From Chiloscyllium plagiosum (lineage: Eukaryota): a DNA stretch of 64,000 bases. A model generated the notes under the pieces. That model saw only the letters and a list, made by a program, of their open reading frames with translations, ran no database searches and was not told the origin of the DNA. This document shows, in pieces, positions 1-13,930 of the stretch. The position numbers were made by a program, and so were the translations under genes. How positions within the stretch are numbered: the stretch's first letter is position 1; each line of letters begins with the position of its first letter. The stretch lies in NCBI RefSeq assembly GCF_004010195.1, contig NC_057718.1, forward strand, positions 63,264,225 through 63,328,224, given 5' to 3'.

Positions 1-760
1 GCCTGCCACACCCTGCCTGACCCCAGGCATCTAAATTGATCCCTACTAGCACAGGAAACTGGAGCTGACAGGAACATTTCAATTAGCCTTTATTCAGCCT
101 CCAAATGGGGTCTTAATGAACCTTGTTTACTACTTGTATGGGCCTGTAGCTCTGCTTATGCTAGTGCTATCTCTGTGAAAGTGGCCTGGAAACATGGGGA
201 ACCAGTATGCCAGCTGGCTGTGCTAATTTTGCTCATACCCACCTCCAATACTAAGTCCAGCAAACTCTAGATGTTTGTGATTTAAATCTTTTTGTGACGT
301 TGCATTTGAAACCTTAACATTTTCAAGTTTAATTAAGCTATTTAGATAAACCAAAAGACACAAATGATGAATTAAACTGATTTTCTTTAAGAGGCAAGTT
401 TTGGTCAGAAAATCAAGTAAACTCCCCACTCTTTAGTTTAATATCTCACCAAAAGAAGGCAACTTTGTTTTTTCAACATTGACGTTTAATGCAGTTGTGA
501 GGTAAATTAGATTATAGATGCAAAAAGGAATGATCATTGGGCAAGTTGGCCCTGGAAAGGTACTTGAGTCCTTTTCAACATCTCACCAATTAAGAGCTGG
601 TAGGAAGGTCCATTTTGGAATTTTCCTGAGTCACGAGCAACTAAGGCCCTTAAGTCATTATTTAATGGCCACTTAAGGCCCTCAACTCGCTTCGTCCACC
701 ATCACCTACTTTCTAAAACAGAAGCAAAAGAGGGTAGCTTCCCAACTGAATAACCAGGGT

Positions 761-954
761 GGAGAAAGTGAGGACTGCAGATGCTGGAGATCAGAGCTGA
801 AAATGTGTTGCTGGAAAAGCGCAGCAGGTCAGGTAGCATCCAAGGAACAGGAGAATCGAAGCTTATGCCCGAAACGTCGATTCTCCTGTTCCTTCTGTTC
901 CTTGGATGCTGCCTGACCTGCTGCGCTTTTCCAGCAACACATTTTCAGCTCTGA
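761..954. mobile_element. Penelope-like element (PLE) terminus fold-back insertion
   Basis: Inverted arms of the GGAGAAAGTGAGG...GCTGGAAAAGCGCAGCAGGTCAGG family. Flanked by CTGAATAACCAGGGTG at 746-761 and 951-966. Confidence 0.85.
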
Positions 955-1290
955 ATAACCAGGGTGACCTGCCTGCTGGATTGGAGTCAGAGCGGTTTCC
1001 ATTTTCCTCAGTCTGGGGTCAATGAGGTCACGGATGTGGAGCATGAACATGGCCTCTGGAATTCATTCCCCTAACTTGACCTTTGATCCCCCTGAGTGGG
1101 GTCTCCCTTTATCCCCCACCCCATGGGAAATAAAAATAAAGGATTTAGTTTCTTGTCATTGGATCTGCTGAAGGGTGTGTCTTAACTGGTAGTTTTCAGC
1201 AGCCAGAAGCCACTGGCTGGTTGGCCAGCAGGTCCTAGTGAGCTGGGATACCACTGTTCAGAATCGACAATAAGCGAGAAGCTCACCAGT

Positions 1291-2305
1291 CAGCTCTTAA
1301 CAAGCTGATTGGCATGTGATCCAATGAGCTTTCTGGGAATGGAGTCAGTGAGTTAGTTGACACAACACACTTGCCCTCAAATTTAAACAGAAAAGGGGAA
1401 AATCTCAGCCAAAGGATGCTCAGGTGTGTGGTGGAATCCCGTCTACGCTCACCCCTGCCTGGACAGAATTTCACATTGGCCCCAAGGTCCCATTAGGTGT
1501 GGGCGCTTGCACTCCCTTTTTGATTTTTTTAAAACCTTCTTCTCTGTTTCTGGTTGCACTTCAGTCCCATGTTCCTGATCTTCGGGCACCCGGTATGGAG
1601 GGGGGGGAGGGCAGGTCAGAGGACCTCCTCATGAGTCTGCTCCTGGTCCTGGCCAAATTGGACACAAGCAGATCCAGGCAATGGGTCGTGGAGGGGGTCA
1701 TTAGGGCAGATTGCCTTCCCCTCTTCCACTGTTACTTCAGAGCCCGGGTGTCTTTGGAGAAGGAGCATGCGGTCTCCATCAACATCCTTGAGCTGTTCAG
1801 GGAAAGGTGTGCACCACAGGGAGTGGAGTGCATTATTTCCCCCTCCAACTCTATTTTGATTTAATCCCTGCCCTGCCCTTCACTGTTTGATCACGCAGCA
1901 TTGCCCTCCAAGAAGGGCACTGCTGTCACTGGCCACTTGGGTGATTCCTTTCTTCCTGGTGGTGGAAATTGAATAAAGATTTGTACATTTTGTGTTTTTC
2001 ACTGTGTCTCACACCTGCACACACACAACATGGAAAAAAAACAAATAGCAATGTTCACTCTGAGAGATGGCTCGGAGGGAGATGGATCAGTGTGCGTGAA
2101 GTACTCTGTTTTGTTTAAAAAAAAGAAAAAAAAATCTCATCCAAATGTTCAACTGCTGGCAAAAGCTTTGAACTCACAATCTTCTAACAGCTCTTAACAA
2201 GCTGATTGGCATGTGATCCAATGAGCTTTCTGGGAATGGAGTCAGTGAGTTAGTTGACACAACACACTTGCCCTCAAATTTAAACAGAAAAGGGGAAAAT
2301 CTCAG
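1291..2305 (+). repeat. Perfect 118-bp direct repeat pair (1291-1408 and 2188-2305)
   Basis: Identical on base-by-base reading. Confidence 0.95.
1409..2134 (+). mobile_element. 5'-truncated Tx1/L1-clade LINE: ORF2 C-terminus, 3' UTR and poly(A)
   Basis: ORF end LLLVLAKL...ADCLPLFHCYFRARVSLEKEH...FRERCAPQGV resembles Tx1-like ORF2 C-termini. AATAAA near 1972 and A-rich tail at 2116-2134. Confidence 0.65.
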
Positions 2306-3125
2306 TCAACTAGCCAATGTGAAGCTTACATAAAAAAGCAAGTTGTGTTTTCCTGTCCAAAATGAGGTCTTGAAATTTCTGTCAAAAGAATGAAGTAGGA
2401 AAGGGAGGATAGAGTTCAAGAAATAAAATGATAGCAGAAAGGACAAACTTGAAGGCTCGATGTTCTGCAGTATAAGAGTTCCTCATCCACATATGCATTA
2501 TATGCACTGCAAAATTGTAAAAGTAGATTTTAGACATCCTTTTTGGGGTCTTACCAGATTATATATCCCTTGCAAATGTTCATGCTTCCTGTTCAAGGAC
2601 CCCTCAACAGAACTGATCAGCATTGAGCATAGCATCCACAGACCTTTCCAGTGAATGCTGTAGCTCAGTAGACCCAACAAAAAGTTTTATTTTCAAGTGG
2701 AACAGCATGTTCTTCCTGAATCCACTGAGGGCTGAGGTCTGCTGCAGAACCACAATCAGTGCTGTCCCTTGTTCTCACTGCCCTATGATCTCCAAAGGTG
2801 CCAACAATTTTCTTAAAAACCTAGCCGAACAATTTTCAGCCCAAAGATGCCTAATTTTGGTAGATATTTATTTTGTAATTTTCATAAATTAGTTGGTGAA
2901 ACTTACCAGTAAAATATCATTTACTGCTTCACTACAATTATTCAGCTGTTTAATAGTTTGTAATAAATTAAGATTGCAGGTATCATAAAAAGGCATAACT
3001 GAGAGTAGAAATCAGTTTTGTCCCCATGCTGTTTTATGTAGACGATTCAGACTGGTTTTTAATGATCAATATAAAATTAATTCAAATGAAATGCTTTAAA
3101 GTTATAACAGCTCTCACTGTTTCTG

Positions 3126-3432
3126 TTAGATTAGGTTCCGTACAGTGTGGAAACAGGCCCTTTGGCCCAACAAGTCCACACCGATCCTCCGAACAGTAAT
3201 CCACTCAGACCCATTTCCCTTTGACTAACACTACAGGCAATTTAACATGGCCAATTCACCTGACCTGCACCAAATCTTTGAATTGTGGGAGTAAACCACA
3301 GCACCCAGAGATAACCCACGCAGACACAGGGAGAATGTGCAAACTCCACACAGACAGTCACCCAAGGCTGGAATTGAACCTGGGTCCCTGTTGCTGTGAG
3401 GCAGCAGTGCTAACCACTGAGCCACCGTGCCA
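3126..3432 (-). mobile_element. tRNA-derived SINE (HE1/V-SINE type)
   Basis: Head GGCACGGTGGCTCAGTGGTTAGCACTGCTGCCTCACAG with A/B boxes, V-domain core GTGTGGAGTTTGCACATTCTCC, and CR1-like tail. Confidence 0.9.
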
Positions 3433-4029
3433 TCCATAAATAGCAACTCTAATATGGCATCTTTTACAGGGTGGACTTTTGATTGAAAGAGAAGAATTGA
3501 GAAAATTCTTGGATAAGGTTTGTGCAAACAGGTTTAAAAGTGAATGTTATTCAGATAGATGTCTAAATTTAAGATCCTATCTGTAAGGAAGGTGATTGTC
3601 ATTTTGGGGACAGTTGTGCTATGGTTTGACAGTGAGGCGAGCAATAACCCACAATATGCAGAGTGCAAGGATTTTACTCCTTTTCCCCACCTTGCTGAAT
3701 AAATTCTTAATGTTAGCTATGCTGCTGTGGTTAGCCACAATCTGGTTGCAACCTTCAGCAGCAACAAAAAGTTGCAAGAAAAACATTACTATGATATTTT
3801 CATGTCTCCAAGCAACCAGCTGAGCAGAAGCATTGTTAGGATGCTAGGAACTGCAGGAGGAAAGTGATCTAGAGAGGTTGTTCCAACGAACAAGTGAAAA
3901 GCAGAAAAATGTTATATTAATAAGGTGGAGATTTTATACTAAAACTTTGATTATTAATTTAACTAATGAACGAGGACTAGAGTTATGTTGAAGTACAACA
4001 TGGTATTTCCTGGGAATCCAGGAGCAAGA

Positions 4030-4760
4030 AATCAAACAGCTTCCATTGTAATTGCCTGTTGACTCCCATAACCCATCCATCATCTGCAAGGCTCGAGTCT
4101 GGTGTGTGACAGAACACTCTCCACTTGCCTGGATTAGTGTAGATCAAACAGCACTCAAGAAGCTCGACACCATCTAAGATTGAGCATCCCACTCAATTGG
4201 CACACCTTCCATCAACTTAAAGACTCACTCCTTTCACCACCAGTGCATTTTGGCAGCAAGGTGTACCATCTACAAGATGCATGACAACATTCTTCAAACC
4301 TGAAGAATATGGCAGCAGATGCACAGGAACATCACCACCTTCAATTTCCCCTCTAACTTGCATAGTCACCAATATTTAAACTGTGTCCTGAGTCAGGATG
4401 ATTTGGAGTCCTCCAAAATTGTTAGGAAGTCCTAATTCCATTCATCTGTTTTCCTTGGCCTTGGTGGTAGAGATTAAGAGTTTGGAAGGAATCTCGATTT
4501 TGAATGTCAAAGGAAGATGGTACAATCTTTTTGGGTTTTTGGAGAAGATCCTTACCCACCACATTGAATGACCCTCACAGAACCCAAAATGAGCATGGCA
4601 GACAGATTGTTGGAGTAGAAGTTCTACTTGCTAGCACTGTTGAAGGCACCTTCAATCATTTTGCTGATGATTGAGATGGGTCTGATGGAGTAACATTTGG
4701 CTGGATTGGATTTGTCCTTCTGCTGGGCAATTTTCCATATTGTTGCCAAGCGTAGCCCTA
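4030..4760. mobile_element. Old degraded CR1/L2-group LINE fragments in both orientations
   Basis: Motifs such as AAGAAGCTCGACACCATC and GTGTACCATCTACAAGATGCA. Related inverted sequence occurs near 48100-49200 and 55820-56590. Confidence 0.5.
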
Positions 4761-5847
4761 ATGTCGAGAAAGTGTTTTTTCTTTTTTAGGAAGTGAGCCT
4801 GTTGTTCATTGTTATCCCTTTTCCTGAAGCATGTATATGTGTGTGGGTGAAATTTGGCATTATTTAGAGGAATGAATGTTTGTACTTTCATACCAATAAT
4901 TTTGTCTGTTAACCAGTTATTCAATCTTCATTGTATAACCTTTATTTTAATAATAAACTAATAATTGGATTTATTATAGAAAGTGAGTAGATAGATCATT
5001 TTTATTGATATAAATAAGGCTTTTCATTGGACATCTTGGTAACTGGACAAACTTTTTTAATATAATGTTGTGACCCATGGCACAGTGGGACTAGAATGGT
5101 GATGTTTCCTCCAGCCTTGGTTAAAACAGGGACCATTTTAATTTCACATTTTGCGAGGCAGCAAGGAAACTTTGGAATGATAAGGCTTTAGAAATGTATC
5201 TTCCTAAACAATAGAAAATGTTCACTTTTATGCATAAGCTCCAAATTAGAAGACTACTTTATGAGCTTAATTTCTTGTTGTTCCATGAACACTGATATAG
5301 AGATATCAAATGCTGTGTTCACTTGCGCAAGTAGTCAATGTTTAACTACACAAACAATGTCATGGAGTAGAATGTTGTAGTTAGATTTGCATGGTTTTGT
5401 TATAAAATTATTTGTGAGATCTGTGGATTAGTTTGACTGTTTCTTTAATTTCTTGACAAACTTGTAAAGGTAATTGCAGGCTGTCATTTTCACCATTATC
5501 TTAAATTTTGGGTTTCCGTTGGTATTGTGACATGTGTGGAGGTAATCCACCTCTCTGGCCTGACATGCAGACATCGCAATAGTAAAGTAAACAATAAGAA
5601 GCTAATTGTATTGCTGCTAACTATGTATAGTCATGTGACTATTTCTACCAATGCTGCCATTCACATAGTTTCCAAATCTTTCCACTGGCTACCTCAGACT
5701 GACTCAGTGCTATTCACACTGCCCCTGATATTATTCCTTTGGCATCCATATGCAACATCTTCACCATCCACCCTCCTCAAGTCTTTGTCACAATTATTAT
5801 TATCGTTACTAGATACATTCAAATTTCTATACTATATATTTACATAT

Positions 5848-6430
5848 TGTTATGGATCAGGCCAGACCCCCTCAAAATATATTACGAAGGTAGCCTAGAC
5901 CCTAACTTTTTCTTATTTTAAAGGTAGATATGAAGTGGGTGTTCCATGGGTGATGCAGCTGGTCAAACCATTTGGCTTTAAGTAAAACAGAACTTATTTA
6001 AACACTACAGTTGAAACACAAACATAAGAAAGCGGAATTTAGAATAGCTTAATTACTGGAAAATGTAACTGACCTGATACAGTTAATACATTACTAATTC
6101 ACCATTCCATTACAGTAACATCCCATGAACACATCGCTTGGCAAAAAAGTAAATTCAACCACAGATTCTTATAGGCAGGAGGGAGCAGTAACAAGAGAGA
6201 GATCTCAGAAGAAAGTCAGAGGAATTCTTTACTGAAGCTTGCAATTCCCCTGGACTCACACATCTTGTGACTGCTACCACTAAAAACAAACTAGAAAAAA
6301 CCTGAACTGGGAGAACTGGCCACTCCCCTTCCATTGTTAAACTAGACTCTTCTGTATCTCTGCCTTTACGACCTCCCTTAAAAAAAAACCAAGGACAAAA
6401 TAACCTTTTTAAAGTGACGGCCTTGTCACA
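5848..6430 (-). mobile_element. Solo LTR (probably Gypsy-type)
   Basis: TGT...ACA termini with 4-bp flanks ATAT/ATAC. Terminal regions are similar to the reverse complement of 29216-31009. Confidence 0.7.
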
Positions 6431-6571
6431 ATACTGCTCATCCTTCCACTCAAACTCTCTGACTTCAAAGATTCAGTTAATTTGTAGGTTTCACAACTCT
6501 CCCTAAATGTGTTTTCTTCTGACTTGGAAGAATGGTATTCTGTGTTGCTCTTGACTTGGATAATATTCCTT

Positions 6572-9500
6572 TTTTTTAAATATACTTTTATTGAAACATA
6601 GGTTTTTTTAATATTACAACAAATTCAAAACAATACAAAGAAAGAACACAAAAAACTTTTTAAAAACTCAAACCACCCTCATGTACAAATGTATAAATAT
6701 GTATAAAAATATGAAAAAAAAGGGCGGCACAGTGGCTCAGTGGTTAGCACTGCTGCCTCACAGTGTCAGGGACCTGGGCTCAAATCCCACCTCATGTGAC
6801 AGTCTGTGTGGAGTTTGCACATTCTCCCTGTGTCTGCGTGGGTTTCCTCCGGATGCTCTGGTTTTCTCCCACAGTACAAAGATGTGCAGGTCAGGTGAAC
6901 TGGCCATGCTAAATTGCCCACAGTGTTAGGTGCGTTAGTCAGAGAGAAATAGGTCTGGGTGGGTTATTCTTCGGAGAGTCAGTGTGGTCTTGTGGGGCTG
7001 AATGGCCTGTTTCCACACTGTAGATAAACTAATCTAAAAAACCCAATTAACTAAATAAATAATAACTAACAACAAACTAATAAATAATAATATGGCTCAG
7101 CAAAACAAAACACTAACTCTCAAATATCAAAAGTATTAATTTCCACACATTCATACGTTCACAGTTTCCCCTCTCTGGATATTGGACTGGTAAATCACAC
7201 TCATTACAGCTATATAAAAGCCCTTATTAGTGTGGCAGACAAATCTGTGTCCCGGTAGTCCAAAAAGGGCTGCAATGTCTTATAGAAATTCTCAGTTTTC
7301 TGTAAGAAAACTTGTAAGAAAATCCGGGGGATATGCTTCATAACAATCTTACGCCAACCTGAGAGGCTCTGGGGATTTTCAGACACCCAACCTATCAAGA
7401 TATTCTTTCTTGCACAGAAAGTGTTGAAAAGTTTTTTCTTATGCGCATCTACAGGAAATATACTGGGCAGGCCAAGAAGAAGAGAGATCAGGTCCTTCTC
7501 CACCTTTACACCCAAATCCTCTCTATTGCACCCCCCTCAGTACTCCAGTATGTTTGAAGCCTACTAGAGGACCAGAGACAATGGGTAAGAATGCCTGTAC
7601 TAACTCTACACTTGGGGCATGTTGAAGATACTCCTGGTTTAAACTTTGACAAACGATCTGGAACCTAGTGGACCCTGTGGAGAATCTTCAGCTGTAAAGC
7701 ATGGATCCTATTGCAAATTGAAATCTTTCTTGTGTTTTCCCAAATATTTTCCCATGCCTCTGAGGGGACCTCAATGCCTAGCTCTCTCTCCACACCCTGC
7801 AGAGTTGATTGAAGTCATCTGAGGCCCCAACCCCTCCCTCCCCAGTTGATGATATAGAGTGTTGACAGAAAGTGTACTCTTAGCATTGAGCACCCTCCTC
7901 CCTATGTTGGATTTGTAGGGTCAGTCAAGAGTGTAGTTTTTAAAAAATAAAATCCCTAACTTGAAAAATTGAAAGAGGGTCCACACAAGCCCAATCACTC
8001 ATATAGGATAAAAGCAAGCTTAGTTGATAGCTTTTAATGCCCAGGATATCCATTCCCCCCCAGTCTGTGAGGTAATTGCAGTTTAGCTAATTTAGTAAGG
8101 GGCCGCTTACGATGCCAAATAAAAGAGCTGATCCAGCTGTTCAGTCTCCTACACATTTGTTTATCAAAAATCAGGGGGAGCATTCATAAAGAGTACAACA
8201 AACAGTGGAGAATATTCATCTTAGTAAGAGCTATCCAACCTAACCATGAAACCGAAAGCACCTCCCATCTTTGAAGGTCTTGTTTGATTTTGTCGAATAA
8301 TTGAACAGAATTAGCTTTAAATAACCGATCAAGAACTGGAGTGATGAATATGCCCAAAACATAAAACCCCCTGTGACCACTTAAATGGAAATCAAGATTC
8401 ACCCTCAAGACTTAGCCCCTTTGTAAGGTCACCCATAGGCATAGCCTCTGATTTTTCAAAATTAATCTCGTACCTGGAAAAGGTGCCAAACGCACTGATG
8501 CATTGTATCAGGCGAGGCACTGAAACCGCTGGATTTGACTAAAAAATGAGGACATCGTCGGCAAACAACGAAATCTTATGTAACCTTGACCCCACTTCTG
8601 GAGCCGATATATTGGGATCCCTATGAATGGCCTCAGCCAACGGTTCAATCATCAGTGTAAAAAAGCAATGTTAAAAGGGAACAGCCCTGTCGGCTGCCCC
8701 TAAAAATGCTAAAATTGCTTGATCATACTCCATTGGTAATGACCGCTGCGAGAGGGTCACTATAGAGAAGTTTTACCCATCTTATAAAGGCTTCGCCCAA
8801 GCCAAACTGCGCTAGAGGTACGGCCACTCAACTCGGTCAAATGCCTTCTCTGCAGCTAAAGAAATCCCAAATCCTTGACTGTTGCTGACACGCTTGAATT
8901 ACGTTTAGCAGCCTCCTAACATTACTGGAGGGTCTGCGGTGCTTTATGATGCCCATCTGGTCCTCTTTAGCAATAGAAGGTAACACAGTCTTCAGCCTTA
9001 ATGCAAGAGTCTTAGAGAGGATTTTAAAGTCAATATGTAAGAGTGAAATGGGTCTGTAAGAAGCACAGTCCTCCAGGACCTTCCATTTTTTAAGAATTAG
9101 CGAAATATTGGCCTCTCTTCGAGATGGCGGGAGGCAATCATGAGTGTACAAGACATTGAAAACGTTCAACATCGGGCCTAACAATATGCTGATAAATTCC
9201 TTATAAAATTTGCTGGGAAGTCCATCAGGACGGGCGCCTTTCCACTCTGAAGCCATTTCACAGCCTCCTGCACCTCTTGCTCTGATAAGGGGGCATTGAG
9301 GAAAGACTGCTGTTTGGGGGTCATTGCTGGGAGCTCCAGATCCTTGAAAAAGGACTCCATCTTGGCCCGCCCCTCCTCACAACCCTCTGGTTGGTATAAT
9401 TCAGGGTAAAATCTCTGAAATGCCGCATTAATCTTTTTGGAATCACATGTTAAGCTCCCAGCCCCTTCCCTAAACGAAGTAATGGCTTGAGGGGAGCTAA

Positions 9501-12289
9501 TTTTCTTGGTAAGGTATGCTAGGTACTTGTCCAGTTTGTCACCATGCTCATACAACCTTTGTTTTGTGAAAGTAAGTTCCTTCTTTGTTGTCTGCATGAG
9601 CATGAAATACAATGGAGACCGCAGCGCCGTAATCCTCTGTAACTTGACCAATGAGGGCCTGTCAAAGTAAGCCTTCTCGGCTGCCTTCAACCATGCTTCC
9701 AGAAGACATTGCTGGACATCCTTCTGCCGCTTCCTACTGGCAGAGTAGGAAATAACTAACTCCCTGGCATAGGCTTTGGCAGTTTCCCAAAGGACAGATG
9801 AGCTACCAGCCAAGCCTGCATTAATGTCTAGAACTGCCTTAAATTTCTTGGAGAAGTACTCCACAAACTTATTATCCTTAAGGATAAAGGGATCCATTTG
9901 CCAGTGCCTCAGACCCACTATAGCATCCTTAATCTTAACCAACACTACACTGGAGCGTGACCGGAGATGATAATATTACCAATCGTGCACGATGCCACCA
10001 AGTCCAGGGTTGCCACAGGGGTCAGAAAAAAATCAATCCTGGTGTGACATCTGTGTGGATTAGAAAAAAACATAAAATCTCTGCTTGTAGAGTGGAGACG
10101 CCTCCAGATGTCCTCCAACCCTAACTCCACACACAGATCTACTAATTGTTTAGTTTGTACAGAAGATATCAGGGGGCCTTTGGGAAACTTTCTACTTTGG
10201 GATCTATTAGACAATTAAAATCTCCCCCCAAAAATGATATGCTGGGACTTGAGACTGATCAGTTTAGAAAATGCATCTACCAGAAATTTGAGGGTATGGG
10301 CTGGAGGACAGTAAACATTTAAAACACCATATTCTTTCCCGTTCATCAGGGCTTTGAGGACTCCAAACCTCCCGTGTGTGTCTTTAACACACCCTAGAAA
10401 CTTAAGTGGGAGATTCCTCCTAACCAATACAGCCACTCCCCTACTTCTGGTACTAAAAGATGAAAAGTAAACCTGATCAAAGCCATTGTGCTGTAGTTTC
10501 AAATGCTCCCTTATCATCCAAGTGTGTCTCCTGTAATAAAGCAGAATCCACCTTTTCCTTTCTAAGACTCGAGAGTACCTTTTTCCTCTTAATTGGTGAG
10601 TAGCTCCCCTTGGTGTTCCAGGTACACCATTTAATCAAATCATTAGCCATAACCTTCTGCAGTAACATTTAGGTTCCAGAGAGGAGGAACTCGACTTACA
10701 AATTGCCAAGCCTTAGTGTCATAAGATCCATCAAACATAAAAGCTCCATAAACTAAAACCACTACAGTTAACAAACCTACAAAGCTGTCAAAGACTATGT
10801 ACAACAAAAACCAAAAAACAAACCAACATATAAAGCGCCAATGGCGCTGAATAGGGGAACTCAACTCCGGCCGAAATGGGACATCTATACATCCCAAACC
10901 CCAGCTTCCCATCCCGCTGCCAATACAGCAGCTAGGGCATTTAAATACCTGAACGAGGCATAAACTGCCTGTAAGTAGGCATCCAGCCATCCCAACCATT
11001 TTCTCTCCTCCTAGCTAAAGCCCTATCACAAACACAAGCAGCAAAGAAATACACCATGGAATAACAATGTGAACAAAGCAATTTGAATAAAATAGTATCT
11101 TACCCATCCTTGGGTATAACTTAACTTAGAAATTGAAAGTAAACCTCCTAGCCACCCCTGAGTATAGTTTAGACCAGATTACTACCAATAAAACATTGGG
11201 AAAGAAGGCCCCAACTGGGCTTCCTTTTTTTTTTAAAGAAAAGTAGAGACATACCCAAACAACACTACTATTTGTATATTCTAAATTGTTCAGATTACGT
11301 TAATTTGTCCACAAAGTCTCTTGCCTTCTCTGACATGTCAAAGAGATGTACAGATCCATCTAAGGTGATCCAAAGCACCGCCGGATACCTCAGACAGAAC
11401 TGGATCCCGAACTCCCTCAGTCTTTTCTTGATGCCATCATAGGATTTTCTTTTCCAGATCACCACCACTGAGAAGTCCTGGAAGAACATGATCTTAGAGC
11501 CCCTGTAAACAAGAGCCTTCGGATCATTCCCCAGGATTCTGGAAGCTTCCATGATTCTCTCCTTATCTCTGTAGTAATTAAACCGCACCAAGATAGGGCA
11601 AGGACTTTAGTCCAATCCTGACCTCCGCGCCGTGACCCAGTGAGCCATCTCAATCTTCAAGCTTCCCATTCCAGCCTCCAAGTTAAGGAATTTCGGCACC
11701 AGTGCTCAATAAATTCCACTGGTTTTATTTCACCTTCTTTACCCTCCAGCTGACTGGCATCCAATTTTTTTCTTTCCTGCCCCTTCTCTTGAGGTCATTA
11801 ACCTGGTCAAGCAAATTACAGACCTGCATCTCCAGGGCCTGGATCCTATTCTTGGAGGAATCGGTATCAGCTTCTACCACTGAGACCCTGCATTCTACCT
11901 CATCCATCCTTTTCTCCAGGTCTCCCAGCTACTGTTCATGCTTCTGCAGCATGATAGAGATCAGGGCCAGCTTCTCCTCTATTTGCTTACCCAACATCCC
12001 CATGAGATTTTGTGAGCTCCATTACCAGGATCTGGTAGGAAATCGAGCCTAAGAATCCTGCAGGCTGGACCTCGGTCCCGGCTTCAAACATACCTGCTCC
12101 CTTCTTCGGCATCCCTGGACGGCGAAAACTGAGCTAAGTTGTTCTTTAACAATTTCCTGCGACTCCCCAACCTTTCCAGAGTCCCAGGATATCACGGTGA
12201 TCTGGGTAGTGGGTTAGGACTTTGTCCTGCTTGTGATATGGCGCAGCTCTGCAATGTGATCTTTCTAAATTGCTGCCATCTAGGGCCCC
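6572..12289 (-). mobile_element. Full-length decayed L1-clade LINE (5' UTR, ORF1 ~11295-12112, spacer, ORF2 ~7210-10650, 3' UTR, poly(A))
   Basis: ORF1 motifs RFNYYRDKERI, IMFFQDFS, LRYPA. APE motifs TWNTKG, LLQETHL, RIDFF. RT motifs YRPISLL and FADDV. AATAAA at 6587-6592 plus A tail. TSD ATAATATTCCTT at 6560-6571 and 12290-12301. Many frameshifts. Confidence 0.92.
6722..7036 (+). mobile_element. tRNA-derived SINE (HE1/V-SINE type) nested in the L1 3' UTR
   Basis: Same head, core and tail as the other copies. Confidence 0.9.
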
Positions 12290-13930
12290 ATAATATTCCT
12301 TAAGGTCTGAGGTTTCCTTTTCCTTGGACTTCAGGTTCAAAGTTTGATTCATCACCTATATAATATCCTAATTGGTGCCTCTTTCACTTCTAGAACCTTT
12401 GTCCATTCATATCCTTGATGATTTGTGGCACTCTAGATGATCATACCTTCCTGTTTTGACCTTTCCATAACTCTGGTAAATTCTTAGCATGCCACCTTTT
12501 GTTAAAATTCTTGGGGTGGTTGCTTTCCGTAAAACTTACCTTTGACCTGAACTCTCCAATAATCTTTGTGTTGTAATCTTGAAAATTCTTAATTAGAACA
12601 GGCAATTGAATTTTGAGTTTTCTTTCCATCAATAATTTGGAAAATGCTAGTCCACACTGCAGTGGACAGGATCTGAAATTCAATGATGATGTTTGAAATT
12701 ATTTTCTAGTATTTTCTAAAAGTGACTTGATAGCTCAAACTCCTCATTCAGCTTTACGCTTCGACTGAGGATATCTTAGTGATTAAATGGTATGTTCAAA
12801 TTCACTACTTTCAGCAAAGTACTAATTTGCAAAATTGTGGTCAGAAACAACTTGACCTGGAACTTCACATGTTGTAAAAATTTTTTTTCAATATTCTGAT
12901 GATTGTTCTTGTAGTCGTAGTAAATTTTTTACTTCAATCCATTTTGAAAAGTAATTGATAACATTATGACTTGCCATTGAAGACTCACTAGGCCTGCTTC
13001 ACACTGTAGGGATTCTATGATTCTATAACTGGACTCATTCCCAAACTTTCCAACAGTCAGTTAGAAATTTAGTCTATCAATGATTTGGTCCTGGTTGATG
13101 TATTTCATGCATTTGAAAATCAGAAATCATTTCTTCAATATCCTTTGAAATTCTGAGTCACCACACCAATGGCTGAGCCCTTGCTCTATATTTAGTTAAG
13201 TCCACGTGGCTTTGAGGGAGCTTCTCTAAGACATCTTCTTCAAATTTAGTTGAAACAACTAATCTCTACTCGGAGTCTAATATCAAATGATAGGGAAGTT
13301 TTCCATGTTCAAAGTACATTTTCATGACAGTTATTCAACACTTGGGTTGACTCCTGACAATCTTTGCCCCTTTGCTTATCAAGAATCTATCCACCTCTGT
13401 CTTAAAAATATTCAAAGTCTGAATTCCAATGCCTTTTGAGGAATAGATTCCAACAACTCACTATTCTGTGAGAAAAATGTTCTCAATTTTGTTTTAAACA
13501 AGCAATCCCATATTTATAAAGCGAGTCCTAGTTGTAGTTTCTCCCATGAGAGGAAAAATCCTTTATCCATCCACCCTGTCAAGACCCTCCAGACCTTATA
13601 AGTTTCAATCAAGTTGTCTCATACTTGTCTAATCTTCAGCAGATACAAGCCTAACATGTCCAATTTTTCTCATAAGACAATTTGCATATTCCACAAGTTA
13701 ATCTAGTAAACATTCTCTGAACTGCTTCCAATCCATTTATATCCTTCTATAAGTAAGGAAACCAATATTGTACACCGTACTCCAGATTTGATCTCACCAA
13801 TACCATGTAAAATTTAAGCATTATTTCCCTACTTTTGGATTCAATTCCTCTTGCACTGAACAATAATATTCCATTAACTTTTCCAATTAATTGTTGTACC
13901 TGCATCCTTATGTATTGCAATTCATGTTCT

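Noticed and set aside
3221..3527. ORFs overlapping SINE copies (GTVAQWLALLPH..., also at 6681, 17167, 36367, 47757)
   Set aside because: Spurious translations of a tRNA-derived SINE. The heads are not complete tRNA genes.
4790..5130. Possible additional LTR remnants (also ~17880-18230) and old GC-richer repeats at 1-220 and 617-1290
   Set aside because: Termini and TSDs could not be established.
12441..12683. 80-aa minus-strand ORF containing a strong-looking donor (AAG|gtaagt at ~12540)
   Set aside because: No recognisable protein and no partner exons.
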